From assembly GCA_012295275.1 (NCBI GenBank), contig CM022671.1:7998001-8062000 (forward strand): DNA of 64,000 bases, given 5' to 3'. Each line of letters opens with the position of its first letter. The stretch's first letter is position 1. The position numbers were made by a program, and so were the translations under genes. The notes beneath the pieces are model-generated. The model had not been told where the DNA came from, did not search any database, and worked only from the letters and a program-made list of their open reading frames with translations. This document shows positions 53,646 to 64,000 of the stretch, piece by piece. Source of the DNA: Chrysomallon squamiferum (lineage: Eukaryota > Animalia > Mollusca).

Positions 53646-54697
53646 GGCTGATTATTGTACAATATAAACTGGATCTACGTCATATAAATAATGTTTCACG
53701 AATTCAGTATTAGTTTCATTGGTAACATGATCGCTTCAAACATTGGAAATGTACATGTACTACATTGTTGTATAATTAATGTTTATATACTGTTATTGTT
53801 TTCTTTTCACTTTTCACTTTTTTAATATTATTTTTTTTAATGGACAAAAAGAAAAAATCTGTTTTCTTGACCATGGAAATATAAATGTATGTACAATTCT
53901 TTTGGAAAACAGGAACCGTAACGAAACATATGACATCTTTCTTCCCTTATTACTGTTCCATCTCTCAAGAGCACGAGGTCAATATTCTAATACTATCTTA
54001 AATGTAAAACAGACTTATGACAGAAAAAAGAAGAAAAAAAGAAAAGGAAGCATATATGCGTTCGAAAGAATAAAGAGAACTAGGTCAAATAAAATGCACC
54101 AATCAGGCGATAGCATTTTGTATTACTGTAAACATTCTATAAATAGGATCTGTAAGAGTTGTTAACCGTAACTAAGGAGCACTGTCATAATTATAATTAT
54201 GTGTATGTCTGACAGTGTTGTAATTATTTATTCAAATCTCTTTTTTTTATAAATCAATATTTTAAACGTAAGTACACGTATTTCTAATAATATAAATTCC
54301 AAAAACCCCAAACTGGGATTATTAGGACTGTTACATTTACTTAAGGTATTCGTTAATAATATATGATACTTAAGAATGTTAACTTATACAGAGTTCAGAG
54401 AGCGTTGATAGTCAGATATGCACATTTGACATGAGCGATGATAGTGATAAATAAGAGCGTAAAACATACCGTAAAACCTCTAAAGTTACAGCAGCTCTAT
54501 CGACGTACTGCTTACTGTAGTGTAATAGAGGCAAGTAATTCAGAGCCACATAAAACAAGCTACTATATTATTTGTTTGTTTGTTTATAAAGATATGTCGT
54601 TTTAGCTCTTCACTTTTTCCATTTTGTTATTGCTCTGTTAGCGGTTGTTGTTGTCTTTATTTGTTTGTTGTTGTATTTTGTTGTTTTTTAAATTTAA

Positions 54698-54729
<32 letters not shown>

Positions 54730-56567
54730 GAATTATTATTATTCCTTTGTTTTCCTTCTTCTAACCTGGTTTGATTTACATGGTTATAGTACGGTGAATG
54801 AGTTGACTAGTATGTATGTCCATGAACCATTCATGTATGTATATTTGTTTGTATATATATGTATGTATATATGCACGTATGTTTGTGTGAATATAGTATG
54901 TATATGTGTCTGTGTTTTTATATGTGTGAATATATGTGTGTGTATGTGTGTGTGTGAATATGTACGTTTGTATATATGTGTGCGTTTGTTTCTTCATATG
55001 TCTACATAGGATAACGATTACATAAGTCTATATGTATGTATGTATGTATGTAGCTGGTATGTAAATGTTTAGTATATCTATTTTTCGCGCGAATGCTATT
55101 TTACTGACGTGTCGAAAGGTGTCTAGAATTGGTACGTTTTAAATATGCATCTTTTCTTTGTAAACAATACGTATACATGAAACATAGGCTACCGTTTCCC
55201 ATCGAAGGAATAAGCCAAGAGCAATTTCCATGTTCTAAAGACAATTACGGTTCTTCTTTGGATCCGCCATATATATTACTGACAATACTGACATACGGAT
55301 AATAAATTATATTTTAATAAAAGTTAACAGTTAAAGCCTTACCTCATTCACCATTCTTAATAAATGTATATGGACGCTTGCAATCATACATGTTCTATTC
55401 CTGCGAGTGAACGAATGTGTGAATGTCAGCATGTGTACATGCGTATATAGGATGTGAATGTGTATGTGTACGTGTCCATATGTATGTGTGTGTACGTATG
55501 TGTACGTGACCATATGTGTGTGTGTGTGTGTGTGTGAATGAATGTCTATGAATGTATGTGTAGCTATGAATGTGTATGTATTTAAATACGTGTGTATATT
55601 GTAAATGTATGTTCCAGATATAATATACCTACGTATTGATCTCTTTGTTAGTCTGGTTGTCTCCTTATCTTGTTGCACTGTGACAATCATGTTGGTGGTT
55701 ATGACTATATCATGAATTGTCATTTCGATGTTTATCTCCTTTCAATCAACATATCATATATATATTTCTCCTGTGTGTGTTTAGTTCGTCTAAAGCTTAG
55801 CATGTCATCATTATAACAGCTGACACAAATTTGTAATGAAATCCTTGGACGACAGTTGGTAGGTTTTTTTTTTTTTTGGAACTGTAAAACATACGTAAAT
55901 GTACATACAAAATTAACTGATTATCAAAAGAGTCAACAATATTTAGTACTAGTCTTCATTATTCTATTTGTATTACTAATAGTTGTTGTAGTAGTAGTAG
56001 TAGTAATAATAAAAAGTTAAAAAATATATATCTGTATCTCTCTCTCTGTCTGTCTGTCTGTCTGTCTATCTGCCTGTTGTCTGTATATATATCTATCTGT
56101 CAATCTATCTAATTCTTATTAATTTAAAATATTTATTCTCATTCTTTCTGCTTCGTTTTTATTTTTCTTCAAAGATAACTGAATGAATTGTATATGGTGG
56201 ACTGAGAGACGCTATTCAGATAATTTTTAATGTTCAGAATCTCTCTCTCTCTCTCTGCTGTTTTACAGCTAATGTTTGTTAAATATCTATATATTACTGG
56301 AGAAAAACGTTAGGTTGTTTTTGCAATTAGAATATATTTTTTTCTAACCAGTATAATACTAAACACGACAATATCCGTAACTTAAAGCAAAGGTGAATGT
56401 TTTTGTGACATTATATTAACACATTTTTTTTTGTTTGTTGTTGTCGTTTTAGCTTAATCGGTGTGTGGGTGTTTTTTTTCAAATTCTTTTTCTTCTTCTT
56501 TAAACTGATATCAAAACAAAGAACGGGGGGAAAAAAAAAAAGGAAGTAAAAACGAATAAAAATAAGG

Positions 56568-57020
56568 AAAAGGTGAACTGTGCACTGATCCCTAGGCACT
56601 TTCTGTATTCATTATTCTTTTGCGCGTTCAATGCCTCAGCGGCCCTATTAAAGTCTGCTGTTAAGCGACTTCATCATGTTGGGCGAAGTCACCACTCCTG
56701 TTGAGCCGGTAGTCTATTTTTAACTGTGTAGTTAGTGTGTTGCCTCTAATCAATTCGTGTAAATCGGGCCACTAAAACGAAAAGGCTAGAGCAATGCCGT
56801 GTAGCTATCGCTTCCCGCTGTGCATTCTGCTGTGTTAAGTCGTTATATCCCAGTACACGCCTCCGTTCAGCAGAAACCCGTACGTCAGTAGTGCCAAAAG
56901 GTCACGCGAAGATTATCCGACACGAACCAGTTAGAGCCGCCGCACAACCGGAAAACGTATTATCTAGGTCATGTTGTACTTTTGTCGTCGTAAATATCTC
57001 GAACATCCAATATGGCGGAC
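56568..57020 (-). ncRNA. Candidate structured non-coding RNA (unassigned)
   Basis: Isolated GC/CpG-rich block with no long ORF and at least four helices. The 3' helices gain G-U pairs on the minus strand. A hairpin is followed by ACA and then T-runs. Confidence 0.3.
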
Positions 57021-58294
57021 ATCTGTCTAAGTGATAATGCGGTGAAGCAAAGAACTGCTCTGTCTCAAAATATAGCAAATTCGAAAATGAATAAGAACAT
57101 TTTTGACTGAATTACATTTGGTCGAAAACAAAATTCAAAATCATTTTAAATCATTTTTCATCTATCTATCTATCTATCTATCTATCTGTGGATCTATCTA
57201 TCTCTGTCTATCTATCTATTATCTATCTATTATCTGATTTGTTTTAGACTAAATACCTTCTCTTTTTTTTTCTTCTTTTTTTAAATATATATAACTTTCA
57301 AAAGGAATATGAGAAAAAAATGTTAGCAAGTTGCCATCTTACAGGAAAACAAAAAATTAAAAAAATTAAAATCCCCACATTACTCAATCTTAGAGAAACC
57401 GAACTCGTTCAGTTGAGAACCTTTTTTTATTATTATTATTTTATATATATATATATCATATTTAGCAGTTTGCAATCAGTGTATTGTCTAAAAACAGCAG
57501 CCACCAGACGTTTTTGTTAACATCGTGACTGAAAACAACAGTCAGCAACGACAGCAGGTCATAGGGCCAGCGAAGAACGGGTCAAGTAGTCGTAGTCGTC
57601 ACAAACCAACTCGTACTGGTACCAAAACTCTGCCCACGTAATGAGATGCGTCGTAATTAGTCGATTCTAATACGTCACAAAGACAAGAAAAACAAAAATA
57701 CTGGATTTTATTTGTATTATTTTATATTAAAAAAAAGTTTTATAATTATTATTACGTCATCTATTTTTATTTTTATTTATTTATTTATGCAGAGAAGTCA
57801 TTTTTTACAAATATAAAACAACAAAAAGAAAAGTTTGAATAAATTCAGATCATTAGTTTTATTCGATAAAATATAGTAATAAAAAAATATGGTGCAATAA
57901 GCCTTCGAGAAACGTTCTGTTTAAGAACATTGTTATTTATATTTATATATATGATAGTAACAGTGGTTTTTTTTTTTGTAATGCGCACAGTTAGAGTGAA
58001 GGAAAATAGATTTTAGAATAATACATTAACAAATAAACCCCCTCATCTTTAACACTTCAAGGACATACACATTCAGTTAACAGTACCTGTCAGAAAAACA
58101 GTTTTTTGAAATGCACATATAGGTACGTATCTATGTATATGGATGAACGCACACATACACACTTCCTTTGTTAAGCCATGCATCATTATATTAAACAGTA
58201 TTAAAATGAGGTATTTTTTAAAATATGACTTAAAGTAACATATTCTCGCATTGACAGAACATTCAAATTTTAATATATGACGAAATTCGCGACT

Positions 58295-58700
<406 letters not shown>

Positions 58701-59123
58701 TTATCCACCATATCAGTAGTGCCAGTGCGAAATTAATTAGTCTATTCCACAAATGAGGTGTTGTTGTAGATGTTGCACTATTAATATTCTATATTTAATA
58801 AAAGACAATCACCCTGATGTTTAAATACGTCGAACCATCTGATTATAATCCAGATTTTAACAAAGAAAAGGAAAACAAACATATAAAACTTATACATACA
58901 TATATTTATTATGAATGTTGAATGAGGCAAGGTTTTAACTATGTATTATTATTTATTTATTGTAGTTGTTTTTTTTTTTTTTAAATTAACGGCTTAACAA
59001 TGGTAACAATTATTAATCTTCCTGCATGGTGATGAAAAAAACTGTGTCTACGATAAGCATCAAGTCGAATCTTTAATCTAATAATTCTCTTGACATTTTA
59101 AGAGAAATCTAGCTGAAGATCCT

Positions 59124-61410
59124 CTAGAACTGACACTCTGATTTGGCGAAGTCCAAAGCTTGACAATTCTTTGATTCATTTATGTCAAAAGTACCTGCAG
59201 AACAAAGGTTAGAATTAATGGCAATCCAGCATATATATATATATATATCTGTGTATTTATCTATCTTTCTATATTTATCAATATCTCTACATCGGCTGCG
59301 TACAACAGACTATAGTACATGAATTATATTAAGCATAAGCATAAACATAAACAAATCTATCTATCTGTCTATCTATTTATCTGTCTGTCTGTCTATCTAT
59401 CTATCCATCTATCGACATCTGCTACTGGGAGTCAAACTATGATGCCCGGATTAAATATTATCAACATATATGTGACATGAAGTCAAAGGTGGCACATTTT
59501 AATGGGCTGTGAATTTTTTTTTTTTTTTTTTTAATATAATAAAACAGATGAATGAATAAATAAATTACTAAAAATCACAGATTAATGCGTCTAAAATTAG
59601 GTATGAAATTTGGAATCTCATAAAACTTTTAAGATGGCAGACTTTTGGTTTCAGAGAAAACAAAGCGAATTTCAGTTTTTAGTGCTATCTTTTATGAATA
59701 TTTGGAAGTTTAACAGTCTGAAAAAAACCACCTAAAGTTATTTTGAGTTGTTGGTTCTTTACGAATTGAAGTTTACCATTGTTCAGCATTTACTATCCAA
59801 CTAGTAACAAACCTCTAATGAACGAATAACTTTACACCGCAGTTGTGTTATTTTTGGAAAACAGGATATATTTATAGGTAGACAGAGTGACAGAGAGGCA
59901 CAGACAAACAGACAGATAGGTTGTTTGAATGACTGATTCATAAATAGATAACAAAATACCCCAAAAAAAAAAAAAAAAAAACACACGAAAAAACAAACTA
60001 ACCAACACTCTGTCTGCGTGAAGGTTAAACAATGATAATAAAAAAATAAGAACAAAAACACCAAAAACAGAACAGTAATAATTCTAAAAATGAGAAAAAA
60101 GACAAACAGAAAAAGAAAAGATGATAAAAATGTGGATTTGTGTTTTTTTTTTTTTTATTATTCACTCTCTATTGTCTTTCTCTCTTATCCTGTTTTCCGT
60201 TGTTTGAATATTTGCCAGATTTGCCAGATTATCTGACAGAGGGAAATTATTTATGTGCTAAATACCTTTTTGTAATATCTTTTTAAGCAAAAAAAGGAAA
60301 GTGGAAAGAAAAAATGTTTTATTTTTTATCTAGGCTTACTTTATAAATAATAAGAAAAGAAATGTAATATGGTGAGCAAAGTTTTATCACGTGCGCGCAT
60401 ACACACACGCGCATACACACACGTAAGAACACATGCACACACTCGCCTGTTTCTAAAAAGATTTTGGCGACATTAATCTTCAGCGAGCATCTGAAAAAGA
60501 AATCATCTGTTACAGTATATCCTATATACTAGTTTCTTTTATTTATTTATTTACTTACTGATTTACTTGCTTACTTACTTATTTACTTACTTACTTACTT
60601 ACTGATTTATTTTATGTTTAAAAATTATTTTCTTGTTGGATTGTTATTCACGTTTTGTTACAATAACTTGCTGTAAAATGTTCAAGGAGAAAATTTAGGA
60701 TCACGAACAACTGTCATTCTAATAGAAAAAAAAAAAAATATATATATATATATATAAAAAAAATGTTTTTATTTTATTTGTTTGTTTTAGTTGTTTTTTT
60801 GTTTGTTTTTGTTTAAGTTTTTTTTGTCACATTTTGTTGATTTTATCGTTGCTTTCTACAAATATGCGGTTTTTTGTTTTTTGTTTCCTTAAAACATTCT
60901 TACTAATACGTTGAAATTAATTTAAGCATCATTACGTGACAAGCCAATATTGCTCAGAATATCTCGTTTATCATCTAATTCGTGTAGGAAAAAAATCAAT
61001 AAGCTGAGAAAAAAAACAAAAACCACAACAAAAACCCCCCAAAACAACATACATCATAAATAAATAATAAATAAAAGGAGAGATAAATGTTACGACGAAG
61101 ATCTTAAGAAGCAAGTTAGTATTCGTTTTATCACTGTGATTAGTTTTAACTTAATATCAGATTCTTTCTGTCAATCGATTTCGTTCCACAGATTTCAGTG
61201 TTTTATTTCCCAGTTAATGATGGTGGTATGTGCTTACCTGATATTTCTTATGTATATCGTGAAATAAAGGATGTGTGTGTGTGTGTGTGTGTATGTATAT
61301 GTACACACATACACAATGTATATAATAGTGTATGTATGAGTGCATGTGTATGTATATGTATGTATAGATAGATAGATAGATATATAGATATATAATGTTC
61401 AAAAAAATGA

Positions 61411-61501
<91 letters not shown>

Positions 61502-64000
61502 AATGACAGTAATAATGATAGGCAAGAACAAAAAACAAAATAATCTCGCCATAAACCATCGCTTCAGTTAACTTTATGTCTAACATTTTACAATATGCTT
61601 CCCTGATGCTGAAATTTAACTGCAAATACTGAGATACTTTCTGAAAAACTTGTAATGGATGGCTGGAAAATGATTGGCTTTTGGTTGTGATAAATTATAA
61701 AACATTTCGGATTTCGGTCGTAAATGGTCTCTAATTTAACACTTCTGCAATTTCTCTGTGAACATAATATAAACTCTCCAATTTCCCTGTGTATATAGTA
61801 GAAATAAAATAATACAGATGATACTACTATCATTTGTCGCTGAACATTATAGATAATAAATCCTCTGTGTTTCAGTAAATATGATAGAGATAATACCAGT
61901 ATAATATATCTGTGAATATTACAAATACTACAGTCTCTGTAATGTCTTACTGAATATGATACAGATAATATCATTGTAATGCATATCTGTAATGAATGCA
62001 AATACTATAATACCAGTATAATATATCTGTTATTACGAATACTACAGCCTCTGTATTGTTTTAGTGAATATGATACGGATAATACCGGTATAATGTATCT
62101 GTGAATATAACTAATCAACGTCTTAGTGAATATAATACAAACAATGCACTCGTTACAATGCCTTTGGAAATATGATGCAAAGTATACAACAACTATAATG
62201 ACTTGTGAATATAACACAAACAACTCAACCAATATATAATATCTCTGAATATAACCGCGCACTGATAATGTCAATGGTTTTTGTGGATTTGTGGCAATGA
62301 CCTGAGGAACTGAAACAACGAAAAACTAACATGAATTAGTTTATAAAAACTCTACACTCACAGTGACATATTTATAGAGTTAACACGGTCGCTCTTGAAA
62401 CGTGAACAGCTTGCCTTGTTAATTAAGTTCTGATTAACATTATCTAAAACTGTAACCTGCCAGATTAATAGCTTATTAACTGAAATTACATTAGAAATGA
62501 ATCTATTGACAAAACGAAGTCGTGGAAATTAGGATAGTAACGAAAACACCACGTACGAAACGAAACATTATGTAAAACTGTAACCTGCCAGATTAATAGT
62601 TAATTAAATCAATGTGAACATTTTGAACTGGAATTACATTAGAAATTAAACCTTTTACAAAACGAAGACGTTGAAATTAAGATAATAACGAAAACTCCAT
62701 GTATCAAACTAAGCGAAGTCAAAGTTAACTTCGGTAGACATTTTGTAAACCATGTTAAGAAAGGGGACAGATAAAACCAGTTTTGTTTGTTTACTGTACA
62801 TTTAAATATAGTCAGAATCTAGAATTTTCTAAACTTTACACAACTATTTTCTCTGAAATGCGTAAGCGATATACCATTTAGCCACGCTGTATTAAACAGG
62901 ACAAAGTCAGATTGCATCATATTATGCCTAGTTAATTAATAATTATACGATGACTATTCTGTTCTGCTATTCAGATCGTCGACTACAACGATACATTTTT
63001 TATAGGTTGGCCTATCCATGTTGTGATCATTTAGGTCAGTAAACATCACGTGACAATTTTGTAAGCCATAGTTATAGCTCTACTTCAAAAACACACATAA
63101 AAAAAAGTAACCGGTAAAAAGTTCAATAATTATTGGACTAGCCGGACGATCCAGTCTATTTGGTGAACAGTCAATATAACGTAAACAAATTCCAGTCGAT
63201 ATATAGGCGTTATAGCACACGGTTTCTCAACAGTTAGTAACGTAAAAAAAAAAGCCGATAATTCGCTTAGCAATAGCTGGATATAATACTACATGTAGTG
63301 GGATTCTAGGCAAAATCTAATTATAGAACAACTGTAATACTGTAACTGTACGTTTGATAACGTTATCGCATGCCAGGTGAAACTGTACGGTTTGCGTAAT
63401 CTGGCTGCTGGGAAACAGGTCTGAAATGTGCTGTACGATAATGACGTAGACGACAAACAAGGTTATTAATTTTCTGTTATGGCTGATCTATAAATCGACT
63501 ACCAAACCAAACAGAAGAGTCATCTGCAGAGTGAATATGAACTAATTTGCAGACAAATAATTATTAAGTACAAAATAAATAACAGAGACATATAATAATA
63601 TTATTTGCTGCAAACTTTGTTATTGTAGAAACATTTATATCGTATGGTTGAAAAATAGTAAAAATGTAATAACCGTTTCATCATTTGACTGCTATTATGT
63701 GATAAATACTGCTACTAGTAGTAGTAATAATAATAATAAGAAGAAGAAGAAGAAGAAGAAGAAGACGAAGAAAATATTGTCATTTCGTTACTTGTTCATC
63801 CTAATTTACGTTTTTTCCGTTTTACTAGTACAAAGACAGGATAACACATACCATGTCCTTTGACTATTGATTCAGCATATGCTAACGGGAATACAACCCA
63901 AACTGGCACAACCTCGAATAGCCAACCATAGAAGAGCGCTTTATAACTGTTTCTCTGACACGCAAATGGTTCTAATATTATACCATTACGTGAACTTATA
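59124..64000 (-). CDS. 3' part of an unidentified multi-exon protein-coding gene running off the window. Exons ~64000-63852, 63420-63352, 62309-62230, 61755(or 61786)-61592, 60490-60447, 59194-59124
   Basis: Phase-compatible chain giving ...FACQRNSYKALFYGWLFEVVPVWVVFPLAYAESIVKGH|DLFPSSQITQTVQFHLACDNVIK|LPQVIATNP...|RNCRSVKLETIYDRNPKCF...QGSIL|CSLKINVAKIFLET|GTFDINESKNCQALDFAKSECQF*. The 62230/61755 junction is uncertain. No recognisable domain. Confidence 0.6.
61416..61500. repeat. (GA)n microsatellite
   Basis: Direct observation. Confidence 0.98.
61860..62135. repeat. Degenerate tandem repeat (...CTCTGT..GTGAATATGATAC.GATAATACC.GTATAAT.TATCTGT)
   Basis: Three to four diverged copies visible within an intron of the 3' partial gene. 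Confidence 0.7.
62445..62710. repeat. Tandem duplication of ~128-138 bp (TAAAACTGTAACCTGCCAGATTAATAG...ACAAAACGAAG...TAACGAAAAC)
   Basis: Copies start at 62445 and 62573 with an identical 27-bp head. Confidence 0.85.

Noticed and set aside
56630-57010. 7SK, RNase P/MRP or C/D snoRNA identity
   Set aside because: GGATGT is present but the paired GATC motifs of 7SK are absent. There are no complementary P4 strands for P/MRP. The ATGATGA...CTGA spacing (~42 nt) is too short for a C/D snoRNA.
56568-57020. Telomerase RNA identity for the structured block (H/ACA-like end, U-rich loop)
   Set aside because: No CUAACCCU-type template for TTAGGG on either strand, and no convincing A-rich P3 triple-helix strand.

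Overview
AT-rich, microsatellite-dense eukaryotic (metazoan, plausibly molluscan/lophotrochozoan; inference) genomic DNA with spliced genes. Most ORF-track entries are microsatellite or AT-rich noise. I reconstructed exons by hand from GT/GC-AG sites and reading-frame phase. (1) A + strand RING-HC/TRAF-type zinc-finger protein with a C-terminal coiled coil (1278-3633). (2) Two tandem + strand type-I membrane proteins with a single CUB-like ectodomain and identical intron phases (11136-26032 and 32717-36474). Each appears to have alternative cytoplasmic tails or terminal exons carrying PPxY, NPxF-like and C-terminal PDZ-ligand motifs, including an orphan TM+PPSY exon at 41644-42122. (3) A - strand gene with a divergent NRF1/Erect-wing-type DNA-binding domain at its N-terminus and a long tail rich in SUMO-interaction-like motifs (45882-52010). 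(4) The 3' part of an unidentified - strand gene with a GC-AG intron (59124-64000). (5) An unexplained GC-rich, multi-hairpin segment at about 56.57-57.02 kb that may be a structured ncRNA. No homology searches were run, so all family calls rest on motif recognition.
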